Of a DNA stretch of 64,000 nt, positions 1-9,460 are shown one piece after another (position 1 is the stretch's first letter; every line of letters starts with the position of its first letter). Origin of the DNA: Parcubacteria group bacterium Gr01-1014_8 (GTDB taxonomy: Bacteria; Patescibacteriota; Minisyncoccia; Phycocordibacterales; UBA2100); contig VMGC01000002.1 in the NCBI GenBank assembly GCA_007376385.1, positions 128,001 to 192,000 on the forward strand, in the 5' to 3' direction. The notes under the pieces are model-generated. The model searched no databases and was not told where the DNA came from. It worked only from the letters and a program-made list of their open reading frames with translations. The translations under genes were made by a program, and so were the position numbers.

Positions 1-239
1 ATCAAAGCATTCAATAAGCAGGAGTGGTATGCCGCAGGGGGAGTACTCGCAGTCGTCATAGGTGCGTATCTGTCCATTGTCGGTTTTGGGATGATGTAAG
101 GACTTACGCAAACGGCGCATTTCGTCGTCGCACCGCAAAAAATGTCGCTCACGGTACTTTCATATGTACCGCTTACTCCATTTTTCTTGTGCTTCTAGAA
201 CTGCATCCATCTGCGTAAGTCCTATGGTACCAGAGACTG

Positions 240-587
240 CTACCTGCTCTTCCCATCGTACGGAGTGAGCGTGAGTTCGGAAAGTTCGACGCCATCCAAA
301 CATCGGACGTTGATCGAAACGGTAGGGCCGTTCTTGCCAGCTCCTTTTCCGAATGCCTGCACGCCGCAGGTCTTGCAGAAAAGGTGGTCTATCAATTTTT
401 TATTGAATCGGTAACTTTGCAATTTGTTTTCTCCAGAGATCAGCTTGAATTGCGTTGCGGGTGAGAAGGTCAAGAGCAGTCCTTTTTTCTGACAGTGGGT
501 GCAGTTGCACTCAATTACTTTCGTCAGATCTGCTTCAACTTCAAATTGCACTGCCTTGCAATGGCAAGCACCTTTGTATTTTTTCAT
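240..587 (-). CDS. Gfa/CENP-V family zinc-binding protein (glutathione-dependent formaldehyde-activating enzyme-like)
   Basis: CxC...CxxC...CxxC cysteine pattern (ACHCKAV..CNCTHCQKKG..CKTCG). ATG at 585-587; the track's TTG start at 635 is less likely. About 115 aa, typical for the family. Confidence 0.6.
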   Translation of the reverse strand: MKKYKGACHCKAVQFEVEADLTKVIECNCTHCQKKGLLLTFSPATQFKLISGENKLQSYRFNKKLIDHLFCKTCGVQAFGKGAGKNGPTVSINVRCLDGVELSELTLTPYDGKSR

Positions 588-596
588 GAACCTCAG

Positions 597-704
597 TATA
601 CCCCATGAGATAAAGCATTTATCGTATCTCTCCAAATAATTTCCAGGCTAAAAGTCTATTAATCGGCTGAAATTGTAGATTTTTTTTATCTCACGGGGTA
701 TACC
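597..704. repeat. Palindromic-arm element copy 1 (arms TATACCCCATGAGATAA / TTATCTCACGGGGTATACC) in a divergent intergenic region
   Basis: 19-nt inverted arms separated by an AT-rich spacer of about 70 bp. The same arms occur at 36203-36310 and 61348-61452. The left arm lies 10 nt from the Gfa ATG on the minus strand. Confidence 0.6.
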
Positions 705-776
705 AATATGACCGTTTTGCGTAAGGTTATCTGAAAAGAAGAGCACATGTACTAAGGGGTGTGTTACAGTACCCCA

Positions 777-1205
777 ATGAAGAAGACGCTGGTTGTCGGC
801 GGGGCGATGCTATTAGCGGGCTTCGGCTTTTATCTCCACGACATTTCGAAGATGACAGAGGCGGCTCCCATCGTTTCTGGCGATGTTATATGGGTTATTG
901 AAGCCGCTGGGGAAGATCCAGAGTCTGCGGCGCCCCTTTCATCTGTAGCCATTAAGAGAGGAGCAAAAACGTATGAACTTGGCACATATGCTGGCTCTTG
1001 CTTTGAAATAGATAATGTATCGTGGAAACTATACGAAGGAGAGCTCACTGGGGTAATTTGCTGGTTTGCGGGAGGCGGCGAGGAATTGGGAGTCTTTGGC
1101 GAGGGAAGCTGGCTTGTCGTCAAGAGAGGACAGCTTGATGAAGGTTCAGCAGAAACACCCGGCGTTCGCGGCAACTTCAAGCAGATTCTTGTTCTCGGCG
1201 AATAG
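777..1205 (+). CDS. Hypothetical membrane-anchored or secreted protein
   Basis: ATG at 777 gives MKKTLVVGGAMLLAGFGFYL, an N-terminal hydrophobic segment. No recognisable domain. Confidence 0.4.
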   Translation: MKKTLVVGGAMLLAGFGFYLHDISKMTEAAPIVSGDVIWVIEAAGEDPESAAPLSSVAIKRGAKTYELGTYAGSCFEIDNVSWKLYEGELTGVICWFAGGGEELGVFGEGSWLVVKRGQLDEGSAETPGVRGNFKQILVLGE

Positions 1206-1214
1206 CCCTACGTC

Positions 1215-1952
1215 ATGTCAGTCCTGAACGTTCAAAACCTCACGAAGGTCTACAAAGATGTGATTGCCGTCGATGGCATTTCTTTTTCAGTATCGAAAGG
1301 AGAGATAGTCGGGTTGCTTGGCCCAAATGGCGCGGGAAAAACATCGACCATCAGCATGATTCTCGGCGTTTTGGAGCCAAGCGGAGGAAATGTTTTTATT
1401 GACGGCAAAGACATTGTAAAAAAAAGAAGCGAAGCGTTAGTACGGACGAATTTTGCGGCCGTGTATGCGCAGCTGCCGGGCAATCTAAGCGTATATCAAA
1501 ATTTGATGTTCTTCGGACTTCTCTACGATGTGCATGGTATTCGCGCGAGGATAGAGACGATGTTGGAAAAATTCGATCTGAAGCATTATAAGAATTCGAA
1601 AGTCGGTTTTCTTTCGTCCGGGGAGCAGACCAGGGTCGGACTCGCGAAAGCGATGCTGAATTCACCCGGCTTGCTCCTATTGGATGAACCCACTGCATCT
1701 CTTGACCCATCGACAGCACGAACTACTCGCGAGTCTATCAAGGAGTATGCTGCGGAAGGCAAGGGCGGAGTAGTATGGACCTCGCATAACATGCAAGAAG
1801 TAGAAGCTGTCTGCGATAGGGTTCTTTTTCTCTCGCACGGCAAAATACTTTTGGAGGGCAATCCAAAAACACTTGCAGCGCAGCACGGAAAAAAAGATCT
1901 GGAGGAATTATTTATTACAGTGGCGCGCGAGCCGCTCTCGCTTGATATCTGA
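1215..1952 (+). CDS. ABC transporter ATP-binding protein
   Basis: Walker A (GPNGAGKTS), ABC signature (LSSGEQTRV) and Walker B (LLLLDEP). Followed by a permease gene. Confidence 0.85.
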   Translation: MSVLNVQNLTKVYKDVIAVDGISFSVSKGEIVGLLGPNGAGKTSTISMILGVLEPSGGNVFIDGKDIVKKRSEALVRTNFAAVYAQLPGNLSVYQNLMFFGLLYDVHGIRARIETMLEKFDLKHYKNSKVGFLSSGEQTRVGLAKAMLNSPGLLLLDEPTASLDPSTARTTRESIKEYAAEGKGGVVWTSHNMQEVEAVCDRVLFLSHGKILLEGNPKTLAAQHGKKDLEELFITVAREPLSLDI

Positions 1953-2015
1953 CCCGAACACACGAAGAGCACAGGCAACGAGCAATATGATGAGCACTAT
2001 GGACAAACACAGAAT

Positions 2016-2195
2016 GAAAGGTTTCAACCTCCGGGGCAAGCCCTGGACTCTGGGAAACGAGCACCGCTCGTTTCCCAAATTCCGCGGCCTGTCTGCGTGC
2101 ATCGCACAGGCAGGCAAGCCGCGGGGTTTTGAACCTTTGCTGTCTGTGTCGCTTCCTCAGGCAAATGTACCTTTTCAGAGGAAGCCCAACCAGGT
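2016..2195 (+). repeat. Stop-codon-associated structured repeat, long variant (copy E)
   Basis: Begins TGAAAGGTTTCAACC. Shares more than 60 nt at near identity with 29920-30010, and a 3' module (GCAAGCCGCGGGGTTTTGAACC..GCTTCCTC) related to copies at 17242, 30611, 38291 and 59684. Contains perfect hairpins, for example GAAACGAGC-ACC-GCTCGTTTC. Confidence 0.6.
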
Positions 2196-2926
2196 ACGTA
2201 CAGCTTTTCGTATGGATAACTGTTGATATTGTTCTTTGGGGGTTCATCACCAAATATTTCACCGAGTCAGTAGGCGCAGAGTTCAGTTTTGTGACGACGC
2301 TTCTTGGCGCAGTCATTTTGTGGGACATATTAAGCAGAGCGCATCAAGGTACGACGATGCCTTTTTTGGAGGATGTGTGGTCGAGGAATTTTCTGAACAT
2401 TTTTGCGACTCCTCTCAAACTTCCGGAGTACTTGCTCGGCTTCATCATGACATCGCTTTTTACGACGGGCCTCGTTGTCGTTGCCATCTCGCTTTTTGCC
2501 GCGGTTGTTTTTGATTATTCGCTATTTTCGCTTGGAATATATCTCGCTCCGTTTCTCGGTATCTTGTTTTTGTTTGGCGCTGCGCTTGGTATTTTGGGCA
2601 TCGGGCTCGTGCTTCGATTCGGTCCTCCGGCCGAGTGGTTCACCTGGCCCCTTGCAGCCGTCCTTAGTCCTTTTGCGGGGGTGTTCTACCCTATCTCTAC
2701 GTTGCCTGACTGGATGCAGACAGTGGCATATCTGTTGCCGCCTGCCTATGTCTTTGAAGGCATGCGGGGAGTCATCTTGACAGGCGTTATCTCCGGCGGG
2801 TCGCTTGTGAAGGGTTTTGTACTAGCGTGTGTATACGTACTCCTCATGTATGCACTCTTCACGTATATGTATAGAATAGCTATACGAAATGGGCTTATTG
2901 CTCGGTACAGCGCCGAAGGGCCATAG
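2165..2926 (+). CDS. ABC-2 family transporter permease
   Basis: Six predicted TM segments downstream of the ABC ATPase. The start is uncertain because the track ORF start at 2129 lies inside a repeat; ATG 2165 was taken. Confidence 0.65.
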   Translation: MYLFRGSPTRYVQLFVWITVDIVLWGFITKYFTESVGAEFSFVTTLLGAVILWDILSRAHQGTTMPFLEDVWSRNFLNIFATPLKLPEYLLGFIMTSLFTTGLVVVAISLFAAVVFDYSLFSLGIYLAPFLGILFLFGAALGILGIGLVLRFGPPAEWFTWPLAAVLSPFAGVFYPISTLPDWMQTVAYLLPPAYVFEGMRGVILTGVISGGSLVKGFVLACVYVLLMYALFTYMYRIAIRNGLIARYSAEGP

Positions 2927-2969
2927 TTTCGACTGTAATCTTTATATGTATTCATCCGTCACACTAAAC

Positions 2970-4181
2970 ATGAGCACATTGCGGCATTTTTTATCCGTAC
3001 CCCGTGTGGCATTTTTGCTGCTTTTCTTTCTGTATGTGTTTTTGCCTCACGCCGCCTCTGCCGCGGTGATATCAAAACCGTTTGAAATATCAGGATGGAT
3101 ACCGTACTGGCGCACCGCAACAGGTACTGCGGACACGCTTGTGCACCTTGAGACATTCACCGAAGTTAATCCATTCGTCTACACGGTCACGAATACCGGC
3201 CGTTTGAATGATGCGGGGAGTCTCCTCACCGACGCTTCTTGGATACAATTGAAGCAAGAGGCGAAGCTAAAAGGGGTGCGGTTTATTCCAACAGTGATGT
3301 GGTCCAACCCTGACGCGATGCATGCAGTACTCAGCGATACGGCCACGCGGCAGCTCTTGGTGAGAATGATAGTGGATGAGGCTGTCGTCAACGAATACGA
3401 CGGCATTGATATCGATTTTGAGGGCAAGTATGCGAAGACCCGCCCGTATTTCTCAAAATTTCTTCAGGAGTTGTATAAGGGAATGGGGAACAAGTGGGTG
3501 CAATGTACCATCGAATCGCGCACGCCTATCGCAGACCGATATTTCGGGACAGAACCGCCTTCTGACGCGGGCGAGTATGCGAACGATTTTGCGGTCATCA
3601 ACAAAAACTGTGACCGCGTACGCTTCATGACGTATGACCAGCAGAATGTCGACCAAAAGCTCGCGTCGGAGACGACAGAGCCATACGGCCCAGTCGCCGA
3701 TACAGACTGGGTCGAGAAAGCAATTCGCGAAGCAATGAAAACAATTCCCAAGCGAAAGATAGTGCTTGGCATTGCCACCTATGGCTACGAGTGGGATGTA
3801 CGGACGTATGCTAACAACGAGCATGTGTATGACCTCTTGTGGACGTTCAATCCGAAATACGGTTTGGAGCTCGCGTCGAAATACAACATTACGCCCGGAA
3901 GAAACGCAGGCGGAGAACTAGGTTTTACATATTTTCCAGAGGGGGCAGCGATTTCTCTCCCTCGTCCCAGCATTCCGTGGCCGTACAACCTTATTGCTTC
4001 CGCCGCTTCCGCTCTTACAACGGCTAACAATTCAAACATGTCGTACAGAATGGTCACATGGAGCGATGCGGAGGCGATAGGAGATAAAGTGGACTTGGCA
4101 AAACGGCTCGGCATTCGGGGGGTAGCCATCTTCAAAATAGACGGAGGCGAGGACCCCGGCATGTGGGAGGCGTTAAAATAA
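2970..4181 (+). CDS. Glycoside hydrolase family 18 (chitinase-like), secreted
   Basis: DGIDIDFEG catalytic motif (DxxDxDxE), YGYEW, and a signal-peptide-like N-terminus after ATG 2970. Confidence 0.75.
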   Translation: MSTLRHFLSVPRVAFLLLFFLYVFLPHAASAAVISKPFEISGWIPYWRTATGTADTLVHLETFTEVNPFVYTVTNTGRLNDAGSLLTDASWIQLKQEAKLKGVRFIPTVMWSNPDAMHAVLSDTATRQLLVRMIVDEAVVNEYDGIDIDFEGKYAKTRPYFSKFLQELYKGMGNKWVQCTIESRTPIADRYFGTEPPSDAGEYANDFAVINKNCDRVRFMTYDQQNVDQKLASETTEPYGPVADTDWVEKAIREAMKTIPKRKIVLGIATYGYEWDVRTYANNEHVYDLLWTFNPKYGLELASKYNITPGRNAGGELGFTYFPEGAAISLPRPSIPWPYNLIASAASALTTANNSNMSYRMVTWSDAEAIGDKVDLAKRLGIRGVAIFKIDGGEDPGMWEALK

Positions 4182-4406
4182 TCGAATGTGGTATGCATTT
4201 GCGGAATCTCTTAAAATGTGTCGGCCTTGTTCTTTTGACTGCCGATCTCAACGAGCTAAGAGAGGTGTGCGCTGCAGTGTCTCGCAGGCTGACGAGCAAA
4301 GAGGCAGCGCTGCCGCAGTAGCGGCGGACAGCGACGGCAGCGCGCACCTGTCTAGCGAGTACCTTTTTTTGACAGGTGCGCGCTCGCGTGGTAGCGTCGA
4401 ACTTCC

Positions 4407-6866
4407 ATGTCTAGCGTACGCGTGCTGAAATTCGGCGGTACTTCTGTTGGTTCGCCGGACGCGATACGGCACATCGTAAAAATAGTTCAACAACGCGGGA
4501 AAACCCGCATTGCCGCTATCGTTGTTTCTGCTTTTTCCGGCGTTACTGACGAACTCATCGCGATAGGCAAACTCGCGGCGAAAAAGGACCAGTCATATAA
4601 AGGGTTTCTCGCTGCGCTAGAAGCACGGCACATCGACGCTGTGAAGGAGCTCATCAGCCGAAAGAATCAGGATGCCTCCATTGCGCAGGTTAAAGTTTTG
4701 TTTAGATTCCTCGAGGGTGCGGTGCAGGGCGTGTCCCTTATTCACGAGTTATCGTCCGGCGCGCTGGACTACATTATGTGTTACGGAGAGCGCCTGTCTG
4801 CGCACATCGTTGCGGACGTACTGAGAGATAAAGGCATTCGTACGGAGTATTTGAATGCACGTAACATCATATTCACCGATGAGAATTTCGGTTCTGCATC
4901 AGTCGATTTTCCAGAGACGAATAAAGCGATAAACGCGTACTTTAAGAAGCATCATTCCGTGCAAGTTGTCACCGGTTTTATTGCCTCTACGCCGGATGGA
5001 AAGACGACGACGCTCGGGCGGGGAGGAAGCGACTATACGGCATCTATTCTAGGGGCAGCGCTTGACGTAGATGTCATCGAGATATGGACTGATGTGAGCG
5101 GTGTGATGACTGCAGATCCGCGTACAGTAAAAGAAGCGTTTCCCATCAAGGAAATGAGCTATACGGAAGCGATCGAGGTATCGTATTTCGGGGCAAAGGT
5201 CATTCATCCGCCGACGATGCAGCCGGCCAGAGAGAAGAATATCCCGATACTCATAAAAAATACGTTCGAACCGGAAGCGCCCGGCACCATCATTAGTTCG
5301 AAGTCAGCGGATAATGGCGCGCTTGCGAAAAGTATTACATCGATCGGAAATGTCGCGCTCTTGAGAGTGCAGGGAAACGACATGCCGAAAATTCGGGGCG
5401 TGCTTTCGCGCTTATTCGGCGCCCTTTCAAAGCACGCGATAAATGTCATTGTCATCACGCAAGCATCTTCGCAGCATTCCATCACGATTGCCGTCCTCGG
5501 CGCGGATGCGGATACCGCGCGAAAGGCGATAGACGAAGAGTTCGAACTCGAACGGCGGACCCACCGGATGGATAGGACGATAGTGGAAACGAAATTGGCA
5601 GTCATTGCACTCGTTGGCGAAGGTATGCGCAACAAGCCCGGAGTCGCGGGCAGGCTTTTCCAGACATTGGGACGCAACGGCATCAACATCGTCGCTCTCG
5701 CGCAAGGTTCTTCAGAATTGAATATTTCGTTCATTGTGCGCGAGAGCGACACGACGAAAGCCCTGAATGCTATCCACACGTCGTTCTTCTATCCGCGCCG
5801 GCGGGATATCAACGTCTTTCTAACAGGCACCGGTCTTATTGGAGGCATGCTCTTGCAACAACTTCTGAAACAGCAGGAATTTCTTGAACGTGAGCGCGGC
5901 GTTCGAATTCGCGTCGCCGGCATCGGAAACCAGCGCACGATGGATCTGGTACAGGACGGCATCTCGCTTTCAACGTGGAAAAAGGACCTCGTGTCTTCAA
6001 AGAAGCGCATGAATATTCGCGCGTTCATACACGAGATGAAGAAGATGGAGCTCCCGAACAAGGTGTTCGTGGATTGCACCGCGAGCGACGATATTGCAGC
6101 CGCATATGGAGACATATTAGCTTCCGGCATATGGGTAGTGACGCCGAACAAAAAAGCGAATTCGGGCACCTATAAGTATTATGAGGAATTACAGCAGTAC
6201 GCGGCATTTCCCGGCGTACAGTTCTTTTACGAGACGAATGTCGGCGCCGGATTGCCTATCGTCAACACGTTGAACGATCTCAGAGACAGCGGCGACAAAC
6301 TTCTTAAAGTGGAAGCCGTATTATCGGGGACACTGAGCTATATCTTCAATAATTTCGTAGAAGGAACGCGGTTCAGCGACATCGTGCGGCAGGCGAAGGA
6401 AAAAGGCTTCACGGAACCGGACCCACGGAACGACCTCTCCGGCGAAGATGTGGCGCGAAAGATACTCATTCTCGCGAGAGAAGCAGGATACAAGTTGGAA
6501 CTGAAAGATGTAGCCTTGAAGGGGCTTCTCGGAAAAAGATTCAGATCTGCCGATACTCCTAAAAAATTCTTTGCGCTTTTGGAAAAAGAAAATACCGCAT
6601 TCGAGAAAATTCGGGCGCATGCGGCAAAAAAAGGCCTTAGACTCCGATATATTGCACGCCTTGAAAAAGGACGTGCGAGCGTATCGCTCGAGGCAGTCCC
6701 GAGCACACATCCGTTCTATGAACTCGCAGAAAGTGATAACATTGTTTCATTCACGACAGAGCGATATAAACGCACCCCGCTCGTTGTGAAAGGTCCCGGC
6801 GCTGGTGCGGAAGTTACGGCGGGAGGCGTCCTCGCGGATATTTTACGGATAGGGATGACGATTTAA
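4407..6866 (+). CDS. thrA: Bifunctional aspartokinase / homoserine dehydrogenase
   Basis: N-terminal LKFGGTSVGS kinase motif, tandem ACT region, and a C-terminal NAD-binding homoserine dehydrogenase domain (FLTGTGLIGG). 819 aa. Confidence 0.85.
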   Translation: MSSVRVLKFGGTSVGSPDAIRHIVKIVQQRGKTRIAAIVVSAFSGVTDELIAIGKLAAKKDQSYKGFLAALEARHIDAVKELISRKNQDASIAQVKVLFRFLEGAVQGVSLIHELSSGALDYIMCYGERLSAHIVADVLRDKGIRTEYLNARNIIFTDENFGSASVDFPETNKAINAYFKKHHSVQVVTGFIASTPDGKTTTLGRGGSDYTASILGAALDVDVIEIWTDVSGVMTADPRTVKEAFPIKEMSYTEAIEVSYFGAKVIHPPTMQPAREKNIPILIKNTFEPEAPGTIISSKSADNGALAKSITSIGNVALLRVQGNDMPKIRGVLSRLFGALSKHAINVIVITQASSQHSITIAVLGADADTARKAIDEEFELERRTHRMDRTIVETKLAVIALVGEGMRNKPGVAGRLFQTLGRNGINIVALAQGSSELNISFIVRESDTTKALNAIHTSFFYPRRRDINVFLTGTGLIGGMLLQQLLKQQEFLERERGVRIRVAGIGNQRTMDLVQDGISLSTWKKDLVSSKKRMNIRAFIHEMKKMELPNKVFVDCTASDDIAAAYGDILASGIWVVTPNKKANSGTYKYYEELQQYAAFPGVQFFYETNVGAGLPIVNTLNDLRDSGDKLLKVEAVLSGTLSYIFNNFVEGTRFSDIVRQAKEKGFTEPDPRNDLSGEDVARKILILAREAGYKLELKDVALKGLLGKRFRSADTPKKFFALLEKENTAFEKIRAHAAKKGLRLRYIARLEKGRASVSLEAVPSTHPFYELAESDNIVSFTTERYKRTPLVVKGPGAGAEVTAGGVLADILRIGMTI

Positions 6867-6877
6867 CCACAGAAGCT

Positions 6878-7975
6878 ATGAATAAAAAGATCCCCGTAGG
6901 GATTTTGGGAGCGACAGGCATGGTCGGACAGCAGTACGTTCACCTGTTAGAGGATCATCCATGGTTCGAGGTGGCGTATGTTGCCGCGTCGCCGCAGTCG
7001 GCAGGACACACATACAAAGACGCCCTAAAGAATGGATGGCAAGTTCACGGCGACATCCCAAAGAACGTCGGGAGCATGGTCGTTGAAGATGTTGCAAGTA
7101 TCGAAAAGGCAGTAAAGAAATGTACACTTGTATTTTCGGCATTTGAAATGCCGGACAAGGACGCTATTCGAACATATGAAGAAGAATATGCAAAGGCAGG
7201 TATGCCCGTATTTTCTAATGCCTCCGCTCACCGTCACACCAACGACGTCCCTATGCTTATTCCAGAAATAAATGCACATCATTTGGCTATAATTCCCGCA
7301 CAGCAAAAAAAGCGCGGGTGGAAAAAGGGATTCATTGTTGTGAAGCCGAATTGCAGTTTGCAGAGCTACCTCGCGCCTATTGTTGCGCTGCAACATGGAG
7401 GATACGAAATATCTGATGTGCTCGTTACCACACTGCAAGCGGTTTCCGGCGCAGGATATCCGGGGGTTGCGTCGCTTGATGTCATTGACAATGTCATTCC
7501 GTTCATTCCGGGTGAGGAAGAAAAAACCGAAGTCGAGCCCATCAAGATCTTGGGACATATAAAAGGCGGCACATTCGCGAATTTTAAGGGAATCAATATT
7601 TCGGCGCAGTGCATGCGTGTACCGGTTTCCGACGGGCACATGGCGTGTGTAAGCGTCAAATTCAGAAGGCAGAGGCCAACCATAGAACAAGTTCGGAGCA
7701 CGTGGATAAATTTCAAGAGCGAGCCGCAAGAGTTGAAGCTTCCATTCGCGCCCGAACAACCGATCATCTATCGCGACGAGCCGAATCGCCCGCAGCCAAA
7801 GCGCGATCGCGACAACGGTAAAGGAATGGCTGTGACCGTTGGCCGTCTTCGTCCGTGCAGCGTCTTTGACTACAAATTCGTTGCCCTTAGCCACAATACT
7901 GTGCGAGGCGCGGCGGGAGGGGGCATTTTGAACGCGGAACTTGCGTATAAAAAAGGTTATCTACAGAATGTGTGA
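6878..7975 (+). CDS. asd: Aspartate-semialdehyde dehydrogenase
   Basis: GILGATGMVGQQ Rossmann motif and the active-site region KPNCSLQS. Immediately downstream of thrA. Confidence 0.85.
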   Translation: MNKKIPVGILGATGMVGQQYVHLLEDHPWFEVAYVAASPQSAGHTYKDALKNGWQVHGDIPKNVGSMVVEDVASIEKAVKKCTLVFSAFEMPDKDAIRTYEEEYAKAGMPVFSNASAHRHTNDVPMLIPEINAHHLAIIPAQQKKRGWKKGFIVVKPNCSLQSYLAPIVALQHGGYEISDVLVTTLQAVSGAGYPGVASLDVIDNVIPFIPGEEEKTEVEPIKILGHIKGGTFANFKGINISAQCMRVPVSDGHMACVSVKFRRQRPTIEQVRSTWINFKSEPQELKLPFAPEQPIIYRDEPNRPQPKRDRDNGKGMAVTVGRLRPCSVFDYKFVALSHNTVRGAAGGGILNAELAYKKGYLQNV

Positions 7976-8012
7976 GCCTGTGAATCATGGGAGTTGAGGT
8001 ATCATATCTACC

Positions 8013-9458
8013 GTGACCCCGGCTCCAGAGACGAACATTCCGACGATACTGGTGGCCCTCGGAGGTACTGGAGACTTAATGAGGCGGAAAGTGATACCCG
8101 CCTTTTTTTATCTCTACAAACAAGGGGCGCTTCCGGACAAATTTCGGCTCGTCGGTTTTTCGAGACGAGATATGACGGATGAGCAGTTCCGTGAATATGT
8201 AAAAGAGGTTATCGTGGCACACGCGGGGGAGCTCATTTTTCCCGAGATGATAGATTCTTTTTTGAAGCTTTTTAAGTTTCAAAAGGGAGAATTCAGCGAC
8301 AAAAAAAGTTACCGCGACCTTAAAAAGACGATTGATGAGTGCGATAAAGAGTGGGGCGTATGCTCAAATAAATTATTTTACCTGGCTGTTGCGCCGGAGT
8401 TTTACGAAACAATATTTAAAAACCTATCTGATTCGAAGTTGTCGGAGCCATGTGATGAAGATGGCGGCTGGACACGCCTTATCATTGAGAAGCCCTTCGG
8501 TGTTGATCTGAAGACGGCTAAAAGCATTGAGCGGCTCCTTACCAAGCTTTTTCTGCCGGAACAGATATATCGTATTGACCATTATCTGGCCAAAGAAATG
8601 TTACAGAATATTCTTACGTTCCGCTTCTCGAATAATTTATTCGAGAAACACTGGGGACGGGACTCAATAGAACGCATTTACATAAAATCGCTTGAGGAGA
8701 TAGGCGTTGAAAAGCGCGGTGCATTCTATGATCCGGTGGGCGCATTTCGCGACGTGGGCCAAAATCACTTTTTGGCGATGATGGCTCTGGTCACCATGGA
8801 ACATCCGATAAGTTTCGATGCAAAGGCGATCCAAAGGAAACGAGCGGATGTGCTAAAGAAATTGAAAATTATCAAAAAAAACGAAATACCGAAAGCCACA
8901 TTTCGTGCGCAGCACGAGGGCTACAGAACCATCGCTGGTGTTGCGAAAAATTCCGCGACGGAAACATACTTCAAAATAAAAGCGGAAGTTGCAACGAAGC
9001 GATGGAAGGGAGTACCGATAATTCTTGAAGGCGGCAAGCGATTGGGGGCGCCAGAGAAGGAAGTCATCATTACCTTCAAGCATCCAAAACAGTGTCTTTG
9101 CCCGAAAGACGGACCACATCACAAGAATGAGATAATCATCCGTTTTGAACCCAGGGAAGAGATTCTCATCGAATTCTGGTCCAAAAAACCCGGCTTCACG
9201 ATGGATACTGCGCCGCGCATGCTCCACTATATTCTAAGGGAACCAAAAGCGCATATTCCGTACATCGAGGAATACGCGAAGCTCCTTTTGGATTGCATTC
9301 GTGGGGATCAGATGCTGTTCGTCTCCACGTCCGAGATACAGGCGATGTGGCGCTTCACCGATCCCATCCTTGACGCATGGAAGAAGGGTTTGGTACCGTT
9401 GCATTCGTACAAACCGGATACAAAAGAAATACTACAAACATCTAACTATATACAATAG
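8013..9458 (+). CDS. zwf: Glucose-6-phosphate 1-dehydrogenase
   Basis: GGTGDLMRRK NADP motif and the signature RIDHYLAKE. GTG start. Confidence 0.85.
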   Translation: MTPAPETNIPTILVALGGTGDLMRRKVIPAFFYLYKQGALPDKFRLVGFSRRDMTDEQFREYVKEVIVAHAGELIFPEMIDSFLKLFKFQKGEFSDKKSYRDLKKTIDECDKEWGVCSNKLFYLAVAPEFYETIFKNLSDSKLSEPCDEDGGWTRLIIEKPFGVDLKTAKSIERLLTKLFLPEQIYRIDHYLAKEMLQNILTFRFSNNLFEKHWGRDSIERIYIKSLEEIGVEKRGAFYDPVGAFRDVGQNHFLAMMALVTMEHPISFDAKAIQRKRADVLKKLKIIKKNEIPKATFRAQHEGYRTIAGVAKNSATETYFKIKAEVATKRWKGVPIILEGGKRLGAPEKEVIITFKHPKQCLCPKDGPHHKNEIIIRFEPREEILIEFWSKKPGFTMDTAPRMLHYILREPKAHIPYIEEYAKLLLDCIRGDQMLFVSTSEIQAMWRFTDPILDAWKKGLVPLHSYKPDTKEILQTSNYIQ

Positions 9459-9460
9459 AT

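Noticed and set aside
4182-4406. Lysine riboswitch upstream of thrA
   Set aside because: Only AGAGG-type boxes are present. The conserved L-box junction motifs could not be found, so it is kept as a generic structured leader instead.
7025-7894. 289-aa minus-strand ORF fully inside asd (similar antisense ORFs occur inside thrA at 5204-5779 and fba at 11623-12180)
   Set aside because: They overlap strongly supported conserved genes on the opposite strand, have no motifs and no RBS. These are typical shadow ORFs.
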